46,583 nucleotides of DNA from a virus. Position numbers and translations under genes: made by a program. The notes beneath the pieces were generated by a model. The model was not told where the DNA came from. It worked only from the letters and a program-made list of their open reading frames with translations, and made no database searches. This document shows positions 16,523 to 25,784 of the stretch, in pieces. The DNA is taken from positions 1 through 46,583 of the IMG/VR virus record IMGVR_UViG_3300004222_000002, one strand, 5' to 3'. Within the stretch, counting starts at the first letter, position 1. Each line of letters starts with the position of its first letter.

Positions 16523-19500
16523 TCAGGCTCCCAACTGGATCTTTTGCTGCTCGATCACGCGCAGCACCTCACGGGCCAGCGCCTCGATGGACTGCTGGCC
16601 CGTCAGGTTTGTGGGAACGGGGTAGGCCATGCTGTTGCCGATGTAGATGTTCACGATGCGGTCGATGCGCCCGCCACTACCACCACCACTACCGCCGCCG
16701 CCTTCCCCACCGCCGCCAGTACCGCTGCCACCAGCCCCGCCTTCGGCCTTCTTCTTGGCGGTCTCCATGGCTTCGCGGATCTTCAGCGCGTCAAGCTCCC
16801 GGTCAAACTCGAACATGGTGAGATCGCGCATGTAGTTGCCCAACTGACCGGCCGTTGTACGGAACGGGTTGTCGCGCTCGTACTGCTCCAGCCAGGCCTG
16901 TTTCCAGGCCTCGGCCTCCTCCCGGCTGTTGAACGTGGGCACAAGATCCTGGGCAGCGGTTGTGCCCCTGTTCATGTACTTGGAGTCGTCGAGCTCGCGG
17001 TTGCGGTTGTCCTGCCTCTGCTGGAAGGCTGCGCTTAGCATCTGCCCCTGCTTGACCAGTTGCTGGACCTTGTCGGAGACCTTGTCTGCCTCGATGCCCA
17101 TGCTGCGCAGAACGTCTGCAGCGGTGCGCCCCAGATCCTTGAACTGATCGCCGGCCGACTTGGCCGAACGGCCAATGTCCCCGACTGACTTGAGGGTCGC
17201 GCGACCCGCATCGTCGACCTCAATCTTGAAGCCGCGTACTGAAGCTGCCGACTTGACCCATTCGGGCGCAATACCCTTGTTTGCCGCGATCGCATCTTCG
17301 GCCGCTTTTTTGAAGCCTTCACTCAGCTCCCGCGCGCTCGCCTTGCCGGAGGACACCATGAAATCAAAGGCAGAGCGTGAGCTGGTCGCCACTTGCTTGA
17401 GCGCCTCATCGGACGTGACGCCCAGCGCCTTCATGGCCTCGCGCAGGCTGTTGATGCCGGGCTTGGCCTTGTCCAGGGCATCGGACAATTCCAGCGCCTT
17501 GGTCTTCGCCTGGTCGAGGAGTCCGTCCGCCACCTTGTCGCCCAGGACCTTGCGCAGCTGCTCGACGCGCACGCGCACCTCGTCGAGGGCCTTCTGGCTG
17601 TCGGCGGTGTTGATGGCCTTGACCAGGCTGGCCTCGAGCACGCGGCCGGTGTCAATACCCTGCTGCTTGAGGCGATCGAGACCCCGGATCACGACATCAA
17701 GATCATTCAGCGCGCTGCGCGACGCCTTGCCAATGCCGCCCTCCAGGGCCGTGAACTCCAGCCCCGTGCGCTGCACGGCTGCCCGCAGGACGTTGTCCAT
17801 CATCTCGGCCACGCGCTCACCCTCTCGCGTGGCCGCCGCGAGGGCACCCTGCAGGCGTTGGCGCAGACCGTTGACGACTTCCTCAGAGGCGCCCGACTTG
17901 ATGGCGTCTTCGATCTGCTTGCCCAGCTTCTTGGCCTCGCTGCCCGCCGTGGCAAAGGCCTGCCGCGCAAGGATCTCGAACTTCATCAGATCCTGCCCGT
18001 CCAGCGCCTTGGCCCAGGCGCCCTGGAATTCGCTCGCGCTGATCTTTCCGTCAGCGACCAGCTTGTCCAGCACGGCCGAGGCGTTGCGGATGCCCGGCGC
18101 CGATCCCAGATCAAAATCCTTACCGATCTTTGCGATAGCCTCTGCCGCCGTATCGCCCTCCTTGCGCAGCTTGTCAAACTGGCCGATCAGTCCTGTCGAC
18201 TCCTTGTTGAGGTCAAAACTTCGGTTGCGGACTTCCTCGAGGGCCACAGCCTGGCGGCGCAGCGCCTCGGCATGCTGCTTGGCGGCTTCCTCAGACAGGC
18301 GCGACTGGCGCTCGGCCTCTTCCAGGGACTTGCCGTAGCCCATGGCCTTGGCGGCGGTCTCACCCAGCCAAACGCCCAGTCGCTGAATCTCCGGTGCCAG
18401 GAACGTCAGCGCGACGCCCAAGCCTAGCGGGCCTCCGAGCAGGCCCGTGAGTGCGCCTACACCTCGGCCCAAGATACCCACACTTGTGTTGGCCGAGGCA
18501 GCAGCGGCAGCAAAACGACCTTTGGCCGCCACCGAGGCGTCGAGGGCAGCCGTGCTCTGCGCGGTCTGCCGCTGCAATTCCCCCTGGGTGGCATTCACGC
18601 CCTTGAGGGCGTTACCCAGCTCGCCCCAGGACTTGGCATTCGCAGTCTGGGCGGCGGTGCTGGTGGCAGAGGCAGCAGCGTTGGCCGCCTGGGCCGCCGC
18701 GCTGGCGTTGACAGCGATGGCATTGGCACGGTGCGCGGCCGTGTTGGCGGTCGTGGCCACGCTGTTGGCCTCGACCGCCTGGGTGGCCGCGATCGTCTTG
18801 GCGGCCCAGCCGGCAAACCATTCGGCAATCTTGGCGATCTGCATCGCGCCCCAGACCTTGCCCGCCATCGTCAGCGTGTTGACCAGAATGTCGAGGTTGC
18901 CGGCCAGGGCGTCGATGACCTTGGCAGCGTTCGTGCTGCTGATCAGCCCCTTGTCGGCTGCGCCCACATACAGGGTCCACTGCGTGGAAAGATTCTGCAG
19001 GGCACGGCCCACGGTGGGCGGCAGCTTGCCGTACTCGCGCGCCACGACATCTGCCTGGCCCTCCAGGGCCTTCATGACGGTTTCCGCCGTCAGGGCGCCC
19101 TGCCCGGCCATCTCCCGCAGCTCGCCCGTGGTGACGTTCAGACCCTTGGCCAGCGCCTCCGCCAGGCGCGGAGCCTGCTCCATCACGCTGTTGAATTCTT
19201 CACCGCGCAGCACGCCGGACTGCAGGCCCTGGATCAGCTGCGTCAGCGCGGCCCTGGCGGACTCGGCCGCGCCGCCCGACAGTTGCGTGGCCTGGTTGAT
19301 GGTGGTGGTCAGCCGCAGCGCCCGCTCCTGCGCGGCGGCTGCAGCCATGCCGCCCTCCTGCGAGGCTTTGGTCAGGCGCGCGAACAGGTTGCCGGTTTCC
19401 TCCAGCGAGCTGTTGGTCGCCAGGGCGACGCGCTGCACGCCGCCGAAGGACTTCTCGAACAGTGGGCCTTCACCCGTGGCGAGCTTGACACGGGCCTCGA

Positions 19501-20446
19501 GGTTCTTGAATTCGTCGGCTGTCGCGCCTACGTCCTTGATCAAACCACCGAAGTAGCCACCGCCAATCGCCAGCGTGGCGATCTGCTGGATGCGCTGCAG
19601 CTGCGCGCTGATCGATGACATGCCCTCACGCAGCGTGCGCTGGTTCGCTGCCTGCACCTGGGTGGACTGCGAGGATGCTGCAGCGGCCTGCTGGTATGCC
19701 GGCGCCATGGCCGCCACGGCCTCTCGGACTTGCTGCACGGCGCCCTGCAGGTTGCGCTCCTGAGCAGTCAGGTTCGTGGTGCTCAGGCCCACGGCCTGCA
19801 TCTGGTCCCGAACGGCGGCCAGTGTGCCGTTCTTGACGCGCAGTTCGCTCGACAGCTTCGCTGCGCTGCCGATGGCAAGGTCGTATTCCTTGCGCAGCGC
19901 AGCCTCGGCATTCTGCGCGGTAGTCGCAGCCTGGGCCGCTTCGCGCTGGCCGGCCTGCTGAGACTTCAGCTCGGCGGTCGCAGCCTTGATGCCGTCCTTC
20001 AGGCCCGCGACAGTATTGCGGTAGTCGTCCGTGCGCCTGGCCGTGCCCGTGGTCTCATCGCGCACAGCCTTGAGCGCGTCTTTCTTGCGCTGCAGTTCGG
20101 CCTGGGCCTGCTGGGTGGCAGTCGTCGCGGTCTTCTCGGCGGTGGCGAGTGTCTGCGTTTTGCCGCCCGCATCTTGCAGCTCGTTGCCCAGGCGATCGAC
20201 GGTGGAGACGGCTTTTTCAAACTCCTGCGACAGAGACTGCGTCTGCAGCTTCAGTGCCCCGAATTCGTTCAGCGCCCGCTGCTTGGCGCCCAGCGCCTCG
20301 AGGGCCTGGGCTGCGTCCTGGGCGCTTTTCTGCAGATCGCCCTCGAGCACATCCCCGACATCCCGCAGCGTCTTCGCCAGTTGCTCGGCATCGGCCTCGC
20401 CCTTGACGGCGGCTTCGATGTCGTATTTGATCTTTGGGTCTGCCAT
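16523..20446 (-). CDS. Tail tape measure protein (1307 aa)
   Basis: Very long, Ala/Gln/Lys-rich helical protein with a lambda-type tape-measure core (…GALTAETVMKALEGQ…LQNLSTQWTLYVG…). Glycine-rich C-terminal tract. Canonical position. Confidence 0.85.
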   Translation of the reverse strand: MADPKIKYDIEAAVKGEADAEQLAKTLRDVGDVLEGDLQKSAQDAAQALEALGAKQRALNEFGALKLQTQSLSQEFEKAVSTVDRLGNELQDAGGKTQTLATAEKTATTATQQAQAELQRKKDALKAVRDETTGTARRTDDYRNTVAGLKDGIKAATAELKSQQAGQREAAQAATTAQNAEAALRKEYDLAIGSAAKLSSELRVKNGTLAAVRDQMQAVGLSTTNLTAQERNLQGAVQQVREAVAAMAPAYQQAAAASSQSTQVQAANQRTLREGMSSISAQLQRIQQIATLAIGGGYFGGLIKDVGATADEFKNLEARVKLATGEGPLFEKSFGGVQRVALATNSSLEETGNLFARLTKASQEGGMAAAAAQERALRLTTTINQATQLSGGAAESARAALTQLIQGLQSGVLRGEEFNSVMEQAPRLAEALAKGLNVTTGELREMAGQGALTAETVMKALEGQADVVAREYGKLPPTVGRALQNLSTQWTLYVGAADKGLISSTNAAKVIDALAGNLDILVNTLTMAGKVWGAMQIAKIAEWFAGWAAKTIAATQAVEANSVATTANTAAHRANAIAVNASAAAQAANAAASATSTAAQTANAKSWGELGNALKGVNATQGELQRQTAQSTAALDASVAAKGRFAAAAASANTSVGILGRGVGALTGLLGGPLGLGVALTFLAPEIQRLGVWLGETAAKAMGYGKSLEEAERQSRLSEEAAKQHAEALRRQAVALEEVRNRSFDLNKESTGLIGQFDKLRKEGDTAAEAIAKIGKDFDLGSAPGIRNASAVLDKLVADGKISASEFQGAWAKALDGQDLMKFEILARQAFATAGSEAKKLGKQIEDAIKSGASEEVVNGLRQRLQGALAAATREGERVAEMMDNVLRAAVQRTGLEFTALEGGIGKASRSALNDLDVVIRGLDRLKQQGIDTGRVLEASLVKAINTADSQKALDEVRVRVEQLRKVLGDKVADGLLDQAKTKALELSDALDKAKPGINSLREAMKALGVTSDEALKQVATSSRSAFDFMVSSGKASARELSEGFKKAAEDAIAANKGIAPEWVKSAASVRGFKIEVDDAGRATLKSVGDIGRSAKSAGDQFKDLGRTAADVLRSMGIEADKVSDKVQQLVKQGQMLSAAFQQRQDNRNRELDDSKYMNRGTTAAQDLVPTFNSREEAEAWKQAWLEQYERDNPFRTTAGQLGNYMRDLTMFEFDRELDALKIREAMETAKKKAEGGAGGSGTGGGGEGGGGSGGGSGGRIDRIVNIYIGNSMAYPVPTNLTGQQSIEALAREVLRVIEQQKIQLGA

Positions 20447-20469
20447 GTTGGGCGCTCAGAGGTCAGCGG

Positions 20470-20652
20470 ATGAAGGGATTGATCTGGTGCATCGCACTGG
20501 TGTGCGCGGGATTGCCGCTGGCCCTGCTGGGCCTGTGGCTGGATTCCGAGCGCCTGATGGCGATCGGTGCCGGGGCCATCGCCACCGTGGTGGTGGGATG
20601 GCCGGTGCTGCTGCTGATGGGCGCGGTACAGACGTCTGCACCGCGCCGCTGA
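20470..20652 (+). CDS. Small two-TM membrane protein (60 aa) on the opposite strand inside the tail operon
   Basis: MKGLIWCIALVCAGLPLALLGLWL...AGAIATVVVGWPVLLLMG. Third-position GC is high in this frame. The overlapping minus-strand ORF 20456..20854 puts the GC-rich position at codon position 2. Confidence 0.5.
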   Translation: MKGLIWCIALVCAGLPLALLGLWLDSERLMAIGAGAIATVVVGWPVLLLMGAVQTSAPRR

Positions 20653-21429
20653 TCAGTCGCCTGCGGTCGGGAGACGGACCTCGTAGCCCTCGGTCTTTCC
20701 GGGCGGCGTGACGATCTTTCCGGTCAGCGTGATGGCCGAGTAGTCCGAGCCCAGGAAGTCGAAACCTTTGTTGGCGCCCAGCACGCATTCGTGGACATCC
20801 ACTTCGATAGGCGACCCGTCGACCATGTTCTTTCCATCGAAGCGCGCCTGGCAACGCACCTGGGTGACACGCCCGCCCAGGATCTTCTTGCCGTCGACAG
20901 CCTGGTACGTCGCGGACAGCTTCACCACATCGTTCTTGGCCGGCGCGCCGTCGACCGCAAGAACACGGATCTCCCCGCGCAGCCAGTTGACCTCGTAGTG
21001 GGTACCAAGGACAAAGGGATCGCCTGCACCATCGGGGGAGAGAGAGAAGCCCTGCTCCACCAGGTTGCGCTTGCCCACCGGCAACCAGACGCCCACGGCG
21101 TTGATCGTCATTTCCTGCGCGGTGATCGTGCCGGCGCCCTGGGTGAGCTTCGCGACCAGGCCCTGGAACTGCATCGCCATTGCGGTGGTGCTGGCGGCCG
21201 ACAGCTCGATGGTGATCTCGGTGGGCTTGGGCAGCACCACCGAGGCCCGGGCCTGGCCATAGTCGAGGTGCGACCGGGATCCCGAGACCTTCTCCTCGAA
21301 ATTGGGCTTGATCTCGAACTTGTCGGCATCCAGTGGAGGCCCGAAACCGTCATAGGCCAGAGTGGCCGTGTTCCAGGGGTTCAGCGAGACAAGGCCGCCG
21401 GCCAGGATGGCACGTGCTGTAGTGGACAT
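20653..21429 (-). CDS. Putative major tail tube protein (258 aa)
   Basis: ATG 21429 has a GGAAGGAAA Shine-Dalgarno upstream. It lies directly upstream of the tape measure region. The ORF-track extension to 21642 is rejected. Confidence 0.55.
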   Translation of the reverse strand: MSTTARAILAGGLVSLNPWNTATLAYDGFGPPLDADKFEIKPNFEEKVSGSRSHLDYGQARASVVLPKPTEITIELSAASTTAMAMQFQGLVAKLTQGAGTITAQEMTINAVGVWLPVGKRNLVEQGFSLSPDGAGDPFVLGTHYEVNWLRGEIRVLAVDGAPAKNDVVKLSATYQAVDGKKILGGRVTQVRCQARFDGKNMVDGSPIEVDVHECVLGANKGFDFLGSDYSAITLTGKIVTPPGKTEGYEVRLPTAGD

Positions 21430-21443
21430 GGTGATTTCCTTCC

Positions 21444-21471
21444 AAAAAAACAAAACCCGCGCAAGGCGGGC
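21444..21471 (-). terminator. Weak intrinsic terminator or attenuator upstream of the major tail gene
   Basis: Minus strand reads CCCGC-cttgc-GCGGG followed by TTTTGTTTTTTT. The stem is only 5 bp. Confidence 0.35.
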
Positions 21472-21494
21472 AATCTGCTGAATCGATCCGACGC

Positions 21495-21956
21495 CTATGT
21501 CGGATCGCGGTAGGCGAGCGTGAACAGGCCCAGCACCAGGGCGCCGCCCACGTCGATGTTTTCGAGCTGGTAGCGCACCTCGCCCTCGGCCATGCCGCCG
21601 CCCTCGATCTCGATGCCCATCTGCGTGAGCAGCGGCATGCACTCGAGCACGGCACGCTTGGCGACGCGGTAGTCGGCATGGGCCTGCTCGCGTGCGGCTT
21701 CCACCCGGCTGATGACACCGAGGGAGAATCCGTAGGAACGTCGGGGACGCTGGCCGGGCTGGTCGCCCCTGGGCTTGTCCGCCTGGTCCTCCACGAACAG
21801 CACCCGCCCGCCTGTCTTCAGGTCGGCAGCGGCCAAGGGGTTATCGCGCAGCACAGCACCCTGCAGACCTGGTGCAGCCTGCAGCGCCTGGTAGACGGTG
21901 CGACCGATCACGAAAGGCGCGCCATAGCGCAGCACGTCAGGATGGGGCTGGCTCAT
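21495..21956 (-). CDS. Head-tail connector/tail completion protein (153 aa), putative
   Basis: Position between the capsid and tail tube genes. ATGA coupling. Confidence 0.45.
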   Translation of the reverse strand: MSQPHPDVLRYGAPFVIGRTVYQALQAAPGLQGAVLRDNPLAAADLKTGGRVLFVEDQADKPRGDQPGQRPRRSYGFSLGVISRVEAAREQAHADYRVAKRAVLECMPLLTQMGIEIEGGGMAEGEVRYQLENIDVGGALVLGLFTLAYRDPT

Positions 21957-22288
21957 GGCTGCACGCTGCCCAGCAGCGCCTCCATCTCAGATCCATCGTT
22001 GACGCGCTTCGGCTCGGCCAGTACGCGGAAACGGTCACCGATCCGCACGCCGATGGTGAGCTCATCGGCCAGCATGATCAGCACATCGCGCTCGCGCAGT
22101 TCGTGCATCGAGGGCAGCCGCAGCGTGCGCTCTGCAGCGAAGACCCGGCCATCCAGGGCCTCGTCGTCTATGACGCCGAGAATCCCTGCGGCCGAGCCCA
22201 CGACCGCGCCCTGTCGCTCGATGGAGAACGCCAGGGCGAAGTCGTCGCCGTAGAACACTTCGCGCAGGTCGCGGTCGAGGTCCAGCAT
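21953..22288 (-). CDS. Head-tail joining protein (111 aa), putative
   Basis: Position and size are typical of head-tail adaptor proteins. Confidence 0.45.
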   Translation of the reverse strand: MLDLDRDLREVFYGDDFALAFSIERQGAVVGSAAGILGVIDDEALDGRVFAAERTLRLPSMHELRERDVLIMLADELTIGVRIGDRFRVLAEPKRVNDGSEMEALLGSVQP

Positions 22289-22290
22289 GG

Positions 22291-22725
22291 TCAGGCCTTC
22301 CCGCCCTTGGCCTTGTCGTCAGCGAGGCGTTCGGCTTCGGCCTTCTCCGTAGCAGCCTTCTCGGCAGCCAAGCGTTCGGCTTCGGCCTTCTCCGTGGCAG
22401 CCTTCTCGGCAGCCAGACGCTCGGCTTCAGCCTTCTCCGTAGCAGCCTTCTCGGCGGCCACGCGCTCGGCTTCGGCCTTCTCCGCAGCAGCCTTCTCGGC
22501 AGCCAGGCGCTCGGCTTCGGCCTTGTCCGCAGCAGCCTTCTCGGCCGCCAGGCGTTCGGCTTCGGCCTTCTCGGCTGCGGCACGGGCCGCGTCGATGGCC
22601 GGGTCTTCAAGCACGCCCAACGCGACCAGTGCCGCACCCTCGTCGGCCTTGAGCGTGATGGTGCTGTCCACGTTGTGGCGCTTCCCGTCATGCTTGACGG
22701 GCGACAGTACGGTGTACTTCGGCAT
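22291..22725 (-). CDS. Repeat protein (144 aa): 45-aa N-terminal domain plus (EKAEAERLAAEKAAT)n
   Basis: ATG 22725 lies just after the capsid stop. The C-terminal ~90 aa are near-perfect 15-aa repeats. Confidence 0.6.
   Translation of the reverse strand: MPKYTVLSPVKHDGKRHNVDSTITLKADEGAALVALGVLEDPAIDAARAAAEKAEAERLAAEKAAADKAEAERLAAEKAAAEKAEAERVAAEKAATEKAEAERLAAEKAATEKAEAERLAAEKAATEKAEAERLADDKAKGGKA
22327..22578. repeat. 45-bp tandem repeat, ~5.6 copies, in-frame inside CDS 22291..22725
   Basis: The unit gcgttcggcttcggccttctccgtagcagccttctcggcagccaa recurs with a few substitutions. Confidence 0.85.
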
Positions 22726-22730
22726 GGCCG

Positions 22731-23669
22731 TTACGCTGCCGCGCCCTGGAACAGGAAGCCCGCTGTGGCGCCGACCAGCTCGGGGCTGTAGGCGTCGGAG
22801 ACGGGGTAGTACCACGTCTGCGTGTTCTTGTCGAAGTACGGCTCTTCGACTTGGGGGCGGTCCTTGAGCTGGTACGTGTAGCCGTAGTTCGGCGAACCCC
22901 GCTGCTGCATCGAGGCCGGCGTGGTGTAGGCCAGGATGGCGTCCAGGCCCCACATGTCCTTGAATTCGCTGCCCTCGTAGTAGGTAGCTTCGCCTTCGAC
23001 GATGCGGTCGATCTCCAGCAGGCGCTGCAACTGCTCGATGGTCGCCGGCACGCGGTCCACCGTCACGCTGATGCGGTCCAGGATCTTGGGGTGGTTGCGC
23101 AGCGCCGACAACACCCGGGGGCCAACGGTCATGACATTCGGCTTCTTGCCGATCTTCTTGCGGATCACTTCCTTGGCCTCGTTGACATCCTCGGCCGGGT
23201 TGCTGTTGGGGTCGGTCCACTTGCTGGAGCCGGACAAGGCCGTCTTGTTTTCCGTGGGGTAGTTGGCAGGGTTGCGAGCCAGATCGGAGGCGAGCTTCTC
23301 GCGCTCATTGGCCATCACGTCCTGCACCGTGTTGACCGCCATGGCGCCCATGTCGATGCCGGGAACGGCCTGTGCTTCCTCTTCATTCTCGATGGGGACC
23401 TGGCCTTCCAGGCGGTGATCCACCAGCGAGTACTTGCCCTTGGCATAGCCCAGCTGGATGCGCTTGGTGTTCGCACCGGGCGCACGAGCCGTGTTCACCA
23501 GGCGAAAGCTCTCAGGGCCGAAAACCAGGATGGTGCCGGCTCGCTGGCCGACCTGCACGATGGGGAACAGGATGCTGGCGATCTTGGCATTTGGCGAGCC
23601 GTAGCCCCGCGCCACCTCGGTGAGGATGGGATCGACGACGCGGAGATCGGAAAGGTTGGGTTGCGGCAT
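22731..23669 (-). CDS. Major capsid protein (lambda gpE-like)
   Basis: 312 aa, GGAGA Shine-Dalgarno, position after the decoration protein and protease as in lambda-type head modules. Confidence 0.75.
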   Translation of the reverse strand: MPQPNLSDLRVVDPILTEVARGYGSPNAKIASILFPIVQVGQRAGTILVFGPESFRLVNTARAPGANTKRIQLGYAKGKYSLVDHRLEGQVPIENEEEAQAVPGIDMGAMAVNTVQDVMANEREKLASDLARNPANYPTENKTALSGSSKWTDPNSNPAEDVNEAKEVIRKKIGKKPNVMTVGPRVLSALRNHPKILDRISVTVDRVPATIEQLQRLLEIDRIVEGEATYYEGSEFKDMWGLDAILAYTTPASMQQRGSPNYGYTYQLKDRPQVEEPYFDKNTQTWYYPVSDAYSPELVGATAGFLFQGAAA

Positions 23670-23705
23670 GAGTTTCTCCAGAGAGTGATTCAGGGATGGA
23701 ATGGA

Positions 23706-24077
23706 TCAGGCGGCAGTGCTGACCAGGCCGGCGGACGGAACCAGCAACACCTCGATGCGATCGCCCGCTGCGGCAGCTGCGCCGAGCGCTCGGGCCACGG
23801 GGCTCTTGCTGCCCACGGTCAATGGCACGACGCGGCCCTGCGCGTCGACCATCAGGGCCGCGTCCAGGGTGATGGCAGCGCCCGCCTCGACGATGGAGGT
23901 GCCCTGCACATCGACGGGCAGCAGATCACCGGCCTGGGCTGCGCTGGTGCGCGTGACACCGAAGGCAACGCCGCCGGCGGTGGGATAGCCGCCGGACTGC
24001 GTGACGAAGCGTTCGGCCGAGACGGCGGCGCTGGCCACCACGGTGAGGGTCAGAGTGGAAATGTTCCCGGAGGGCAT
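23706..24077 (-). CDS. Head decoration/cement protein (DUF2190-like)
   Basis: 123 aa, Ala/Gly/Val-rich beta-type sequence. Lies between the protease and capsid genes. AGGAG Shine-Dalgarno. Confidence 0.6.
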   Translation of the reverse strand: MPSGNISTLTLTVVASAAVSAERFVTQSGGYPTAGGVAFGVTRTSAAQAGDLLPVDVQGTSIVEAGAAITLDAALMVDAQGRVVPLTVGSKSPVARALGAAAAAGDRIEVLLVPSAGLVSTAA

Positions 24078-24114
24078 GTTGTGCTCCTAGTGAGGGGGTT
24101 GACGATCCGGGCGC

Positions 24115-25467
24115 TCAGCTGGCGTAGCCCAGTTCCTTGAGCGCGGCGACGAGGCTGATGCCCCGCTCCTTCGCCACGGCCTTGGCCTCTTCGACCTGCT
24201 GCGCCTTGGTCTTTTCGCCGTTGTCGGCCGGGGCGGCGCTGCCCTTGGCGGCGGGCGGCGCATCCTGCTTGTGGGCCTCGATGGCAGCAGCGCGCAGCGC
24301 CTTCTCAGCGCCCAGCACCGCCAGGCTGGCGTCGGCGGCCGAGGTCTTGCCGTCGAAGGCCAGGCCCTGCAGCAGTTCCTCGTGGCCTGGCAGTCCCTCG
24401 CCCACGGCGAGGACCGCCTTGATGCGGTCGCGCTCCTGGGTGGCACCCAGGACGGTGAACTCGGCCTGGATGGCCGCGAAGAGAGAGGCGTGGTCCTGCT
24501 CGAAAGACGCACGCGTGATGGAATCGGACATTGCTGTTTCCTTTGGATCACGGGTTGAGGATTTGTCTTTGGGCGCAGCACCGGCGCTTGCTGACGGGGC
24601 CACCGGCTTGATCACGGCCTTGCGGCGCGACGCGAACTCGGTGGGATCTGCGGCCATGCGGTCCAGCAATGCGTCGAGGGTGGAGACACCGTCCACCAAC
24701 CCCGCATCGATGGCCTGCTGGCCACGGAACACGCGGCCATCGGCCATGTGCTCCAGAACTTGCTCGGCGCTGACGCCCCGGTAACGCGCAACGTCGTCCA
24801 CGAACAGCGTGTAGACGTAGTCCACGTCCGCCTGGACAACGGCCCGGGCCTCATCGGACAGGGGCTCGTTCGGCTTGGACAAGCGCTTGTATTTGCCCGC
24901 TGTGATGCTTTCCTGCTGCACGCGGGACGAGGGGTCGAACTCGCGGTCCACCACCACGCCGATGCTGCCCACGCTGACGACAGAGCCGCTGACAAAGATG
25001 GCGTTGGCGCCGCTGCCGGACCACATGCCTGCGCTCAGCAGCATCTCGCTGGCGTGCACGACCAGCGGCTTGATGGCACCGGCATCGTGAATGGCCTGGG
25101 CAAACTCCGGCACGCCGATCACGTTGCCGCCAGGCGTGTCCATCGCCACCACGATGCTGCGCACCCGCGCGTCTGCCAGGGCGCTTTCGATCTGCAGCGT
25201 GGCCTGCCGGGTGCTGATGCCGCCCGACACGCGCATGAACAGGTTGGCCTTGGGTGCCATCACGCCGGACAGCTTCAACAGCGCCACGCCGCCGGGCAAG
25301 ACCTCGTACTCCTGCTGTTCGTGCGCCAGCGGCCGGCCCAGCCGGGCCTCGATGGCGTCAAGATCCAGCTTCTCGCCGCGCAGGTGCATGGCGTAGATGC
25401 CCTGGATCTCGCGCAGCATGCCCGGCTCGATGGCCCAGGCGCCCAGGATCATGTCGTGCAGCGTCAT
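24115..25467 (-). CDS. Prohead protease, S49 (SppA/ClpP-like) family, with a C-terminal scaffold-like region
   Basis: The N-terminal ~280 aa look like a lambda gpC-type S49 peptidase. The C-terminal part is Ala/Glu/Lys-rich. It follows the portal region. Confidence 0.75.
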   Translation of the reverse strand: MTLHDMILGAWAIEPGMLREIQGIYAMHLRGEKLDLDAIEARLGRPLAHEQQEYEVLPGGVALLKLSGVMAPKANLFMRVSGGISTRQATLQIESALADARVRSIVVAMDTPGGNVIGVPEFAQAIHDAGAIKPLVVHASEMLLSAGMWSGSGANAIFVSGSVVSVGSIGVVVDREFDPSSRVQQESITAGKYKRLSKPNEPLSDEARAVVQADVDYVYTLFVDDVARYRGVSAEQVLEHMADGRVFRGQQAIDAGLVDGVSTLDALLDRMAADPTEFASRRKAVIKPVAPSASAGAAPKDKSSTRDPKETAMSDSITRASFEQDHASLFAAIQAEFTVLGATQERDRIKAVLAVGEGLPGHEELLQGLAFDGKTSAADASLAVLGAEKALRAAAIEAHKQDAPPAAKGSAAPADNGEKTKAQQVEEAKAVAKERGISLVAALKELGYAS

Positions 25468-25784
25468 GGTGCGGCTCCCCTTGTAGGCGTCCCACCCAGA
25501 TTGCGGTTGACGTCATTCAGCGAACGCTGCAGGTCTTTGACATCGCTCTTGATGTCGGACAGCGTTTCTTTCATGCGCGAGTCCTGTTCGCGCGTCCGGT
25601 CGGTAACAACGGCAGCCTGGGACTCGATGACGCTGATGCGCTTGTCCAGCGTGCTGTATGCCGAGACGCCAGCTACCAAGGCGCCCACGAACGTGAGGAT
25701 GTGGCCGAGGTTCACCGTGGGATCGAATGCCAGACGGCGGCGCGCGTGGTGCGGCTCGACCAGCGGCGTGAAATCTGTGCTCAT
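25464..25784 (-). CDS. Small membrane/coiled-coil protein (106 aa) between portal and protease
   Basis: ATG 25784 overlaps the portal stop (ATGA). One TM segment (ILTFVGALVAGVSAY) followed by a helical region. Confidence 0.5.
   Translation of the reverse strand: MSTDFTPLVEPHHARRRLAFDPTVNLGHILTFVGALVAGVSAYSTLDKRISVIESQAAVVTDRTREQDSRMKETLSDIKSDVKDLQRSLNDVNRNLGGTPTRGAAP

Noticed and set aside
12291-19618. Series of long plus-strand ORFs (12291..13010, 13077..14207, 14891..16075, 17160..18338, 17393..18427, 18447..19556, 18731..19618).
   Set aside because: All lie antisense to the ATGA-coupled tail and tape measure genes, have Arg/Ala/Gly/His-rich junk composition, and overlap one another in different frames.
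20456-20854. Minus-strand ORF that could have been a tail chaperone or a frameshift extension of the tail tube protein.
   Set aside because: The GC-rich position falls on codon position 2. The product is Arg/Pro/Gly-rich junk. I saw no slippery heptamer at the junction.
22327-22578. The 45-bp repeats considered as a CRISPR array.
   Set aside because: The units are directly tandem with no spacers, are in frame within a CDS, and encode a regular 15-aa repeat.
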